Source: Gemmatimonadota bacterium
GTDB lineage: Bacteria > Gemmatimonadota > Gemmatimonadetes > Gemmatimonadales > GWC2-71-9
Assembly (NCBI GenBank): GCA_036679645.1
Contig: JAZDCY010000074.1
Location: forward strand, 1 to 64,000
Direction of reading: 5' to 3'
Length of the DNA stretch: 64,000 bases
This document shows, piece after piece, positions 1-9,223 of the stretch. The position numbers were made by a program, and so were the translations under genes. Numbering within the stretch: the stretch's first letter is position 1; each line of letters starts with the position of its first letter. Under the pieces are notes generated by a model. It was given only the letters and a program-made list of their open reading frames with translations, was not told where the DNA came from and did no database searches.

Positions 1-3000
1 TGTGACGCCCCGTTCACGGGGTTCTGCGAATGGGAACTGCATCCCTCGCGCAACCCGGCAGCTACCACATTCCAGTTCTTCGAGGTACTGTGGTTTGCCG
101 GGGCGCCGCCCAGCGAATGGATCAAGATCCGCAACGTGGCGCCAGCCGTCGGGAACGCGAAAGGTGGCGGGTACGTCGCGCTCATGAACTTCGCACTGTT
201 CCGCCCGCAGCTCGAGTGGGGACCGGCGGACGGCACGCTCTCCACGCTCTTCTCGGGCGTGACGAGCACGGACGACGGCGGTTGCCAGGACAACGGTGGG
301 TTCTCGAACGGGTTCTTCCCCGATGGGCTGCCGCTGTTGGCACTGAGCAACTGCACGGCCACATGGCCCGGTTCGGGTTGGGGTGGTGATCGCACGGCCC
401 CAGTGGAGAGCTGGCTCTCGCTGTGGCAGGCGCAGGGAACGGCCTTTGAGTTCAACCCGCTCCAGATGCCTGACGCGATGAAGCGTGAGGGCCTGTTCAT
501 GGGGACGAACTTCTCGACCTATGGAAAGACCTCCGATCACTACCTCGAACAGCTCGAGGCATATGGGTCGGCCATACCCGGCGGAACCGGCGATCCCACC
601 TTCGAGGGGTATCCGCTCGGTCTGGACATTCGTTGGGAGGGCTTCAGCTTTGGCGTGCCCTCGCTCGCGGGCGTGCAATTCACGCGGGCGACGGTGATCA
701 ACCGGTCCGAAGATGTCTACGGAACCGGCGTCGATTATGACTCGCTGTATTTTGGTCTCGCGCCCGGTACGGGCGGTTCCGGGGCTGGTGGCGGGCAGCG
801 TTTCTCGGACTACTACCTACCGGGAATTTCGGCGGGCATCTACCACCAGAGCAAGCAGCGGGGTGACGGTGGCCCGTGCGGCGATGGCTCGCGGATTCCG
901 TCCGGCGTGTCGTCGTGCACGAGCTCGAATACCGCCAACGGCTACAACAATGGTGGCAACGCGATAGTAATCTTGCGGAGCCCCATTGGCGATCAACGGA
1001 ACAAGCTGTTCACGCGGACCGCGTCCGGGTCGCCCTGCCTTGTGGGCGTCGATGCGTTTTGCGATCCCACGCACCCGTTGGCCGATGACACGATCACCTT
1101 CAATCACGGCCACCAGTGCGGGTTCGGCGGTTGCTGGGCCAGCACGCACAATGTGAACGACAAGCGGTCGTTCGGCATGATCTCGTCTCAGGAAGACCTG
1201 GTCATAGACGGGCGCGATCCTGCCTCGCTATCGGGGTCTGAGGCGTGGCGGACCTTCCGCAACTTCGACTACCCGAACGTGGTTGGGAAATTCAACTACT
1301 GGATTCCCGGCGCGGCTCCCGGGTTCGGCTCGTGGGACTGGAACAACGACGGGGTACAGGATACCCTGCGGTTCGACAGTTGCCACATTAACGGCTGTGT
1401 CGTGCTCTCCGCTGACACGGCTCCCGGCGGGCAACTCAACACGTACGGCAACGTCGGTGGCGTGCTCTCCGCGGGGCCGTTCGCGCTGGCAGCGGGCGAT
1501 TCCACCGTCTGGTGGATGGCGTTCGTGGGCGACCAGGATTCCACCACGTTGTTCTCCGGGATCGAGGCCGCGCTCGATCTGTACCTGAACTTCTTCCTTG
1601 CACCGGACGCGCCGCCGCCAACGACGATCGCGTCCACCCAGGTTGGTGTCGCTACGGATGCGACGGGCAACCTTGGCCCGTCGGTCACGATGTTCTTCAC
1701 GGAGGACCCGGAGAAGTGGGTCGATCCGTTCATCACGAAGCTGGCCAACGATCTCGAGGCTGCGCCTGCCGGTACGCCCAACTTCGATCTCGTGGCGGCC
1801 AACCCAACGCTGATTGCGAACCTGCGTGCGCGGGCTGCGGACAACCTCCAGCGTATCGAGATCTACAAGTCTTGCAACGGCGGTGGCTCCTTCACGTCGG
1901 ACGCCGACTGTATCGGCGATCCGGCGACGGACGAGTTGGGCAAGCCCGCCGGACTCGGCTGGGAGGCCTACGCCGTGCTGGATGTGGATGCGAACGGCGG
2001 GGACATCCCGAACGCGTTTACGGACGACGCGGTGCAGGGTGGCCTTACCTATCTGTACACGTTCGTGGCGAAGAGCCGCGGCGCGACGTTCTTGATCACC
2101 GATCCGGTGACGCTTGCGCCGATGGAGGTGGAGTTCTCGCCGTCCATCCGGAACACGCTGAGCCGGTCCTCGTCCGATCCAAACGTCATATCGGTGTTCG
2201 TGCCGGCGAGTAACCAGGCCGGATTCGTGGCGGCCGAGGCGTCGTTCAACGTCGAGGGCGGGACGGCGACGGTGCCGTTCAGTATTGCCTTCGCCGACAA
2301 CGTCACGCCGGGCAACTACGTGGTCCGGTTCGGCAACCAGTTCATCGTCGAGCGGGACAGCAACATCACGACCGACGCTGTCGAGACGCGGGTCACCGCG
2401 CAGCGCACGGTGCTGGCGAACGGCGGGGTGACCACGGTGGTCAGTTCGGCCGAGTATGTGCGGACGGACGACGCGGTCGTGCCGGTGGCGGGGTCCGCGT
2501 CGTCGTCGGCCACGACTACAGTCGGCGACATTGTCCGGACGACGGATACGTACACCGGTCTGGGCTTTGTGGCCGCCGGTGGCACGCAGCCGATTTTTGT
2601 GAGTCAGACCCTATCCGGGACCGGGGCCACCCCGACCTCGGTGTTTGCTTTGCCCGACTTCCCGGGCTTTTCGATCAGCGCGGATAACGGACCCGCCGGC
2701 GACTACAACACGGCTGGCGAGTTCAACCTGCGTGGTGAACTTGGGAAGGCGCGGTTTGGCACGACCGCAGATACGATCCAGCGGGCGACGTCGAATAGCG
2801 GGTTTATCGTGAACTGGCGGCAGACGAACTCCTCTGATCCAAGTGAGGATGGCGGCCGGTATAGTTTGGTGTGGGCGGATGACCCGTTTGGCCTCACCAA
2901 CGGTATCGCGGTAAACTTCACCAACCCGGACGCTACGGGTGCCGAGTTGCAGGCGGCGCTCGCGGCGCGGGTGGTCGGAACGACCGGTCTCACGGATGCC

Positions 3001-3855
3001 GAGACCGCGACGGTGGCCGGCGTGGTGCAGTCGGAACTCGTTGCGGTGAAGATGCCGTTCACGGTGGAGAACGTCACGTTTGGCCGGACGGTCGACATTG
3101 CCATGGAGCGTCGTTTCTCGGACACGTACGTGCTTGGATCGAACGCCGACACGGCGCGAGTTGAGATCCCGGCGGACCAGTGGGTCCCGGGTGACGCGCT
3201 CATCTTCATCGAGACGATCACCGAGGATTCAGTCGATGCCGCGGGTGACGTGGTACTGGCCGGGGGTATCCCGCTCCAGACTACGCGCCGGGCGGTCACG
3301 TTTAGTGAGGCCATCATCGGGTGCGATCAGCCGGCCCCGCCCGCGTGTAACCCGGTGGGAGTGGGTGAGCGCGGTCAGTCGGGTTTCCTGCCTCACTTCG
3401 CAGGGGACGCACTCGAGTGGGAGTACTACGTCGGGTTCGATGCGACGACGCTGTTCGATTTCGATCTGGTGGCCCCGGTCAGCGGAACGAGCATTACCGC
3501 TGTAACCGATTCGGCGCTGGAACAGATTCGGGTCGTGCCAAATCCGTTCATCGTGCTGTCCAATTACCAGACTGACCTGGCCGCTTCGCGCGTGCTGTTC
3601 ACGAACGTGCCCCCCACGGGGACGCTTCGGTTCTACACGGTGTCCGGACAGTTCGTACAGCAGGTGAACTGGACGCCGGACGATCTGTCAGGGTCAGGTG
3701 ACCTTTTCTACAACCTCAAATCGCGTGAAGACATCGATATCGCGACTGGGCTGTACATCTGGGTGCTGACTGCGCCGTCGGATCCGACGAACGCGAGCAG
3801 CAGACCGATTACGGCACGAGGCAAATTCGTCGTCATCCGCGGCAAGCCGCGGTAA
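1..3855 (+). CDS. Large secreted/surface protein with T9SS type-A-CTD-like (FlgD/Ig-like) C-terminal domain; 5'-truncated
   Basis: The frame is open from base 1 (CDAPFTGFCEWELHP...) into ORF 136..3855. It has many Cys pairs and a DWNNDG Ca-loop-like motif. The C-terminus IRVVPNPF...LRFYTVSGQFV...ATGLYIW...GKFVVIR resembles Por-secretion CTDs. Confidence 0.7.
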   Translation, partial: CDAPFTGFCEWELHPSRNPAATTFQFFEVLWFAGAPPSEWIKIRNVAPAVGNAKGGGYVALMNFALFRPQLEWGPADGTLSTLFSGVTSTDDGGCQDNGGFSNGFFPDGLPLLALSNCTATWPGSGWGGDRTAPVESWLSLWQAQGTAFEFNPLQMPDAMKREGLFMGTNFSTYGKTSDHYLEQLEAYGSAIPGGTGDPTFEGYPLGLDIRWEGFSFGVPSLAGVQFTRATVINRSEDVYGTGVDYDSLYFGLAPGTGGSGAGGGQRFSDYYLPGISAGIYHQSKQRGDGGPCGDGSRIPSGVSSCTSSNTANGYNNGGNAIVILRSPIGDQRNKLFTRTASGSPCLVGVDAFCDPTHPLADDTITFNHGHQCGFGGCWASTHNVNDKRSFGMISSQEDLVIDGRDPASLSGSEAWRTFRNFDYPNVVGKFNYWIPGAAPGFGSWDWNNDGVQDTLRFDSCHINGCVVLSADTAPGGQLNTYGNVGGVLSAGPFALAAGDSTVWWMAFVGDQDSTTLFSGIEAALDLYLNFFLAPDAPPPTTIASTQVGVATDATGNLGPSVTMFFTEDPEKWVDPFITKLANDLEAAPAGTPNFDLVAANPTLIANLRARAADNLQRIEIYKSCNGGGSFTSDADCIGDPATDELGKPAGLGWEAYAVLDVDANGGDIPNAFTDDAVQGGLTYLYTFVAKSRGATFLITDPVTLAPMEVEFSPSIRNTLSRSSSDPNVISVFVPASNQAGFVAAEASFNVEGGTATVPFSIAFADNVTPGNYVVRFGNQFIVERDSNITTDAVETRVTAQRTVLANGGVTTVVSSAEYVRTDDAVVPVAGSASSSATTTVGDIVRTTDTYTGLGFVAAGGTQPIFVSQTLSGTGATPTSVFALPDFPGFSISADNGPAGDYNTAGEFNLRGELGKARFGTTADTIQRATSNSGFIVNWRQTNSSDPSEDGGRYSLVWADDPFGLTNGIAVNFTNPDATGAELQAALAARVVGTTGLTDAETATVAGVVQSELVAVKMPFTVENVTFGRTVDIAMERRFSDTYVLGSNADTARVEIPADQWVPGDALIFIETITEDSVDAAGDVVLAGGIPLQTTRRAVTFSEAIIGCDQPAPPACNPVGVGERGQSGFLPHFAGDALEWEYYVGFDATTLFDFDLVAPVSGTSITAVTDSALEQIRVVPNPFIVLSNYQTDLAASRVLFTNVPPTGTLRFYTVSGQFVQQVNWTPDDLSGSGDLFYNLKSREDIDIATGLYIWVLTAPSDPTNASSRPITARGKFVVIRGKPR

Positions 3856-3867
3856 GGGGGCATACAC

Positions 3868-4971
3868 ATGCGACGCACACTAGCATTGATCGCGATGGGG
3901 CTCCTGGTGTCTGGCGGCGAGCTGGCCGCCCAACGCCAGGGAACCTTTCTCCTTCCGACTCCCGACGAAGGGACGACGCGTGTTGCGGCACGCGGCGCCA
4001 ACTTCCTGGAGATCGGGGTAGGGGCACGGGCGGCCGCTCTGGGAGGTGCCTTCACGGGCCTCGCCTCGGGCGCGACCGCGATGTATTGGAACCCGGCGGG
4101 AATCGGGTCGATGGACGGCTTCACCGCCGCCTTCACCCGGACCGCGCTGTTCGATGATCTCGATATCACCCACGATTTTGCCGCGGCGGCTATTCCGTTC
4201 GCGGGTGGGGCAATCGGTTTCTCGTTCATCAGCCTGAGCTCGGGGGATATTCCCCGCACAGATGAACTGTTTCCGGCAGGGAATAACCCGGCCTTTGGTG
4301 GAGTGTTCGACTGGTCGAGCACGGCCATCGGTCTGCACTATGGCCGGCGTCTGACCGACCGGCTCCAGGTAGGCTTCAGCGGTCGCGTCATCAGCGAGGG
4401 GTTGGACGGCGCCACGGCCAACTGGTGGGGTGTCGATTTCGGGACGATCTTCAACACCGGTCTCTACGGCATCACGCTGGGAGCCGTGCTGGCGAATATC
4501 GGCCCCTCCGCTGCCATCAACGGCACTCTCGTGCAGCGGCGCGTCGAGACGCCTGAAGCGTTCCCGACGGACGCAGTGGTGGAGTTTGCCACGGTATCGT
4601 ATCAGTTGCCGACCACCTTCCGGTTCTCGGTGCTGACCAGTCTCGTGGGTGGAGCGGACGCGTTGCTCTCCCCGAGTGGCTCATCGACTCTCGATCTAGC
4701 GGTCGATCTGAACGACGGTGTCGACACGGATCTGCAGACCGCGGTCGGTCTCGAGTATGGCTTCCGGAATCTCGTCTTCCTCCGCGGCGGCAAGCGGTTC
4801 GTCAACGAGGCGCGCGATGAAGATTTCCGGGGGTTCAGTGACTTCCTCTCGTTCGGTGGTGGCATCCGGCTTCCGGTCTTCGGACGGATGTTGAGCTTCG
4901 ACTATGCGTACACGGACATGGGCGAGTTGCAGAACGTGCAGGTATTCTCGTTCGAGCTGGGGGGCAACTAA
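3868..4971 (+). CDS. PorV/PorQ-family (UPF0164/FadL-like) outer-membrane beta-barrel
   Basis: Signal peptide, FLEIGVGARAAALGGAFT...AMYWNPAG motif, C-terminal FDYAY...FSFELG beta-strands. Confidence 0.8.
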   Translation: MRRTLALIAMGLLVSGGELAAQRQGTFLLPTPDEGTTRVAARGANFLEIGVGARAAALGGAFTGLASGATAMYWNPAGIGSMDGFTAAFTRTALFDDLDITHDFAAAAIPFAGGAIGFSFISLSSGDIPRTDELFPAGNNPAFGGVFDWSSTAIGLHYGRRLTDRLQVGFSGRVISEGLDGATANWWGVDFGTIFNTGLYGITLGAVLANIGPSAAINGTLVQRRVETPEAFPTDAVVEFATVSYQLPTTFRFSVLTSLVGGADALLSPSGSSTLDLAVDLNDGVDTDLQTAVGLEYGFRNLVFLRGGKRFVNEARDEDFRGFSDFLSFGGGIRLPVFGRMLSFDYAYTDMGELQNVQVFSFELGGN

Positions 4972-4981
4972 TCGAGTGGAT

Positions 4982-5008
4982 TGGGCGGGGGCGCTCTGCC
5001 CCCGCCCA
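4982..5008 (+). other. Intercistronic GC-rich stem-loop
   Basis: TGGGCGGGGGC-GCTCT-GCCCCCGCCCA inverted repeat with no U-tract. Confidence 0.6.
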
Positions 5009-5033
5009 CCCTCACTGCATTGGGAGAGTGTGG

Positions 5034-5726
5034 ATGCTTCGTAAACTGGTGCTTGGTGTAGCCGCGCTGGCCCTGACAACGGGACCCTTGGCAGCGCAGG
5101 GTTTCCGTGTCGGACCGCGCCTGGGCTTCATCACGTACGACGATGACACCGGCTTGGAATCGGGGGCGCTGATTGGCCTGGACGGCATGTACCGTCTCAG
5201 TCCCAATCTCGGCATTGGTTTCATGCTCGATGTATCGCGGCCCTCCACGGATAGCAGCTTCTTTCCGGCGGAGATGAGCTTTGGAGATACGACGTTTATT
5301 TTTGGCGTGAAACAGCCTTTGACCGTCGTGCGCGCTGCTGTTGCGGGTGAGTTCCGACTCGGCGGAAACCTGTCCCCCTTTATCAGTGGCAGTATTGGTG
5401 CGTACCGCATCAGCCTGGATCCGCAGGCCGCGAGGGGACCGATCACTTTCACCGAACTGGGGCTCAGTATCGGTGGGGGGCTCGAGTTCAGCACGAGCGA
5501 TCAAACGAGCGTGCGTCTCGAGATCCACGACTTCGTGTTCACGAACTTCGATCGTAGCAGATTGGACGTGACCCGGCGGACGGGGACGGTTTCAACACGA
5601 ACCACCACGCAGGGGTTCAACCCCGTTCGTTTCCCGGATGTGCTCCCGGCGCTCGAGCCGTTTGACGGGACCGCGCACAACATCAGTTTTGCCGTGGCGT
5701 TCAGCTTCACCCCGGGAGGATCGTGA
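5034..5726 (+). CDS. Small outer-membrane beta-barrel protein
   Basis: GGGAGAG before ATG 5034 (ORF track starts at GTG 5028), signal peptide ending PLAA-Q, alternating beta-strand pattern, C-terminal FAVAFSF. Confidence 0.7.
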   Translation: MLRKLVLGVAALALTTGPLAAQGFRVGPRLGFITYDDDTGLESGALIGLDGMYRLSPNLGIGFMLDVSRPSTDSSFFPAEMSFGDTTFIFGVKQPLTVVRAAVAGEFRLGGNLSPFISGSIGAYRISLDPQAARGPITFTELGLSIGGGLEFSTSDQTSVRLEIHDFVFTNFDRSRLDVTRRTGTVSTRTTTQGFNPVRFPDVLPALEPFDGTAHNISFAVAFSFTPGGS

Positions 5727-6823
5727 TCATGAAGAGCTTACGTTCTCTCTCTGCGATCGCACTGCTCGTTGTGAGCGTGGCCGCGTGCAATGATGACCGG
5801 ACCTCGGTCTTCACCCCGATCGGCGACCCGTCGTACGACTTCAATGTCTCAGGTGCGCTTGCCGGCATTCCGAGCGGTGTGGTGGCGACGGGTGCCGGGT
5901 CGGTTACGTATACACTGGCTGATCTGCGTGACCTGTCGGGAGCGACCTACAATTTTTGGGTCGTGAACGAGGACCCGGTGGCGGGTGCAGATGTCGTGAC
6001 CCCGTTGTACGGGTCGGTCCTCGAGTTCTTCATGCGCGACAGTCTGTCGGGCGGGACCTCGGGTGACCCGGTTGGTGACCCCGTCACGGGCGACATTCTC
6101 CTGGTACTCGACACCAACATCATCGCGGACATCGGTGCGGCGAAGGTGACCAGCTACGCGGGCACGTCCAATCAGGCCGTGTTTGCCATCGAGATCATCG
6201 GAGACTCGACGGCCGATGGTTCTGCCGCGGACGCTGCCAATGCCGTCGTTGTTAGCATCTCTAGCGGCGGGTCCAACGACATGATCCTGTGGCGGCGTAT
6301 CGCCGTCGGCGGGGGTGGTGCCATGTCGTTCGGGAACTTCGGCGGCTCGGACGTGATCAGCACGGTCGCGCCCGACGACTATGTGTATCCCGTCATTGGC
6401 ATAGGGCGAGCTGGTGTCAGAGGGGATGAGTTCTCCGTGGACTTTCAGCGCATTGCGCGTCCGCCCCATGGGTACTATTACGTGGGCTACGTGCTGGATG
6501 TGGACGGCAACGCGACGGTGATCGATACACTGCGTTCCGGGTTCAGTGCGGTGGTGGCGGAGAACCGTGTGAACCTGTTCAACGCCGATGTCGAAAACCT
6601 CCTGCCACAGGTGGTAGGTATCGGGATCGAGTTCAGCCAGGTGCGAAACTGCCGGTCCGGCTCTGCTGTGCGGGCCTGCCAGTCAACGCTCAGTCTCCCG
6701 GTGGACGCGCCGTTCGCGGCGTTCCGTCAGTTTGTGCTGGCGCTCGAGCCCAAGGCGCAGGGAGCTGGCTTTGGTCACGGGGTTATCTACTCGGGTGACA
6801 TCCCGGAGATAGTCTTCAAATAG
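5723..6823 (+). CDS. Lipoprotein, possibly with two RskA-like (anti-sigma-K-type) beta domains
   Basis: Lipobox VAAC and a GTGA overlap with the upstream gene. Segments LRDLSGATYNFWVV and RPPHGYYYVGYVL...FVLALEPK...IYSGDI look RskA-like. Confidence 0.6.
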   Translation: MIMKSLRSLSAIALLVVSVAACNDDRTSVFTPIGDPSYDFNVSGALAGIPSGVVATGAGSVTYTLADLRDLSGATYNFWVVNEDPVAGADVVTPLYGSVLEFFMRDSLSGGTSGDPVGDPVTGDILLVLDTNIIADIGAAKVTSYAGTSNQAVFAIEIIGDSTADGSAADAANAVVVSISSGGSNDMILWRRIAVGGGGAMSFGNFGGSDVISTVAPDDYVYPVIGIGRAGVRGDEFSVDFQRIARPPHGYYYVGYVLDVDGNATVIDTLRSGFSAVVAENRVNLFNADVENLLPQVVGIGIEFSQVRNCRSGSAVRACQSTLSLPVDAPFAAFRQFVLALEPKAQGAGFGHGVIYSGDIPEIVFK

Positions 6824-6840
6824 TAACCGGATGAGCGAAC

Positions 6841-6879
6841 CGTGGAGGAGCCGCCCGCCGTGTGCGGGTGGCCGCCACG
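6841..6879 (+). other. Intercistronic stem-loop
   Basis: CGTGG..GCCGCCCGC/GCGGGTGGC..CCACG imperfect inverted repeat. Confidence 0.45.
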
Positions 6880-6910
6880 ACGCCTTTAACGCTGATAAGG
6901 AGCGCGTCAC

Positions 6911-8233
6911 ATGGAACGGATCTTTCGTCGGGCAATCGCAGCCGCGGCGATGGTGTTTGTCTTCGCGGGCTGCGGGGACGAGGACCTGATCTTCGCCGGC
7001 GGCACTGCCGGTCCTGCGGTGGCGATCGACCTGACAACGAGCCTGTTCGAGTTGCGAGCGGGCGAGACGGTCACGATCGGAATGCAGGGGCGGGATGCCG
7101 CCGGTAACGCGGTTACCGCGTCGACACCGACGATCGCTTCGGGCGACGCGTCGGTCGTCACCGCCGCCGCCGGGGCTGCAAACGACAACTTCGCGGCTAC
7201 GGCCACAGTTACCGCGACCGGGATGGGCGAGACCATAATTACGGTCACGCTCGGATCTCTCAGCGAAACCCTGACGGCGCGGGTTGGCCCGGGGTCGATG
7301 CTGATCACGGGGCCGGACACGGTCGGATCGGGCAATGATGGCCAGTTCGCCATTACTGCCCTGGACATCAACGGGGCCGCCGCCTCGGGTACGCCGCCCC
7401 TCGATTGGGTGACCACCAACACCGGCCGCATGGTGGTGGACGCGGCTGGATTGGCGTCGGGACGCGGCACCGGGTCGGTGACACTGAACGTGCGCGGCGC
7501 GGGCGGTGCGGGCGCCACCAAGACCGTCGTAGTGGCTCCCGGTGTGTTTGCCGGGACGCTCTCTGCCACGACCGGGGACGCCGGTGCCCTGCTCACCATC
7601 ACGCGGGCAGCAGACGGTGCTCCGTTCGATGACGACACCGAGGTCAACCTGAGCGGTGAGGATGCCTGGGTCGAGTCGTTCACGGCGAACGATCTCGTGA
7701 TAGGTGTCCCGTCGAGCGGAGTGGCGGGCGCGCAGGACCTGTCGATCGTCAATATCGGGCCGGGGCAGCTGGAGCAGAAAACCACGTTCACGGCCAACAC
7801 GGCGTTTGGTGATACGTACCAGCCCGGCAACACAACCAACGATTGCACGTTGCCGACCACCTCACCGGACCTGATGGCCATTCGCAGCGCCAACAACTAC
7901 GTGTACTTTTCCCACGGCGGGTTCGGTACCGGGAGCGCGTCACGCGGTTGCCAGAATGGTGGAGCCCAGATCGATCACTACTTCACGCTGACGGCGGGCG
8001 CGAGTGACTTGAACGTCGATTTGTTCCTCGAGTGGGACAACGGTTCCGATGTCGATATCATCGTGTGTTCGGATCCGGTGGCGTTTACCTGCGCCTTCAC
8101 GTTCTTCAGTGGCGACGACGAGAACGAAGACGGTAGCGGGGTTACCATCCCCGCCGGGGAGACGTGGTATGTCGTGATCACGATGTGGGTTGCCGGCACG
8201 GATATCTCCAACCTGCGGATGGGTGTGAACTAG
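6911..8233 (+). CDS. Lipoprotein with Ig-like (Big/IPT) repeats and a PPC-like C-terminal domain
   Basis: SD TAAGGAG, lipobox FAGC, Thr/Ala/Gly-rich beta repeats (SGDASVVT, WVTTNTGRMVVDAAG), C-terminal DHYFTL...WDNGSDVDI...GETWYVVI. Confidence 0.65.
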   Translation: MERIFRRAIAAAAMVFVFAGCGDEDLIFAGGTAGPAVAIDLTTSLFELRAGETVTIGMQGRDAAGNAVTASTPTIASGDASVVTAAAGAANDNFAATATVTATGMGETIITVTLGSLSETLTARVGPGSMLITGPDTVGSGNDGQFAITALDINGAAASGTPPLDWVTTNTGRMVVDAAGLASGRGTGSVTLNVRGAGGAGATKTVVVAPGVFAGTLSATTGDAGALLTITRAADGAPFDDDTEVNLSGEDAWVESFTANDLVIGVPSSGVAGAQDLSIVNIGPGQLEQKTTFTANTAFGDTYQPGNTTNDCTLPTTSPDLMAIRSANNYVYFSHGGFGTGSASRGCQNGGAQIDHYFTLTAGASDLNVDLFLEWDNGSDVDIIVCSDPVAFTCAFTFFSGDDENEDGSGVTIPAGETWYVVITMWVAGTDISNLRMGVN

Positions 8234-8259
8234 ACTAACCGGGGTTGTTGGATAACAGC

Positions 8260-8294
8260 ACCGCCTCGGGAGTCTCTCCCGGGGCGGTTTTTTT
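8260..8294 (+). terminator. Rho-independent terminator
   Basis: ACCGCCTCGGGAG-TCT-CTCCCGGGGCGGT followed by a T-tract. Confidence 0.85.
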
Positions 8295-8324
8295 GATGGT
8301 ATTCGTGGGGAAAGGAAGTGACAT

Positions 8325-8397
8325 GCGATTGGCGATTACTGATTTGAGATTGTATTGCGCTTCAAATCGCCAACCACTAATCAGTAATCTCAAATCG
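8325..8397. repeat. Heptamer-tandem palindromic element A (nnGATTn / nAATCnn)
   Basis: GCGATTG GCGATTA CTGATTT GAGATTG ... CAAATCG CCAACCA CTAATCA GTAATCT CAAATCG. Confidence 0.8.
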
Positions 8398-8411
8398 TTA
8401 TCTTGAGAGGC

Positions 8412-9218
8412 ATGTCCGATCTCTCCCGCCGCGGGCCCGGTAGATCGGGCTCCGTCGGAAACTGGCGATACGCGCTGTCTGTGTGTATCGCCGTCGTGCT
8501 CACCGCGGCGGTCGTCGGGGGCAGGGGATGGGGGGGGGACAATGCCCCCGCGCAGGGCGCGGACGGGCAAGGGCCGACGCCCTTCGCTGTGGCGAAAGCA
8601 GAGTGGCTGCTGCGCCATCGGCTGCCGTGTCTTGGCTGTCACACGTTGTCGGGTCAAGGCGGGCGCATAGGGCCCAGCCTCGATGGCGTGGGCGCCCGTC
8701 TGTCGCCGACAGACATCGAGGCCGTGGTTCGTGACCCGGCCCGTGCCCGGCCGGGGGGAGTGGCGATTATGCCCCGGATCGTGATGCCGCAGTCGATGGT
8801 GAGTCTCGTCGTGGCGTACCTCGCCGGACGCACCGAAGGAACCGCCCCCGCCCAGCCGCGGTCGGCATCACCGGTGCGCACGGCACCTACCCCCACGCCC
8901 GGAGCCTCCGACAGCCCGGCGGCTCTGTACGGGCGGCGCTGCGCGCCCTGCCACGGGACGGAGGGCGATGGCGACGGCTACAACGCCCAGTACCTCCCGA
9001 CGCGGCCCACCGCGCACTCGTCGGCCGCCTACATGTCCACACGATCGGATGACGTCCTCTATGACGGCATTGCGGCCGGTGGATACGTGCTCGGCCGCAG
9101 CCACCTCATGCCGAGCTTTGGCGCAACCCTGACGCCGTCGGAGATCCGCGGTCTCGTGGGCTACCTTCGTGAGCTCTGCGAATGCGAGGGGCCATCGTGG
9201 TCCCGCGACGGGAGATGA
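8412..9218 (+). CDS. Diheme cytochrome c
   Basis: SD GAGAGG, N-terminal hydrophobic segment, CLGCH and CAPCH heme motifs, each followed by an MP Met-ligand candidate. Confidence 0.85.
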   Translation: MSDLSRRGPGRSGSVGNWRYALSVCIAVVLTAAVVGGRGWGGDNAPAQGADGQGPTPFAVAKAEWLLRHRLPCLGCHTLSGQGGRIGPSLDGVGARLSPTDIEAVVRDPARARPGGVAIMPRIVMPQSMVSLVVAYLAGRTEGTAPAQPRSASPVRTAPTPTPGASDSPAALYGRRCAPCHGTEGDGDGYNAQYLPTRPTAHSSAAYMSTRSDDVLYDGIAAGGYVLGRSHLMPSFGATLTPSEIRGLVGYLRELCECEGPSWSRDGR

Positions 9219-9223
9219 GCTAG

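Noticed and set aside
8530..8538. G9 tract in the cytochrome c gene as a phase-variation switch
   Set aside because: The frame is intact, and a 9-G run is weak evidence in GC-rich DNA without read data.
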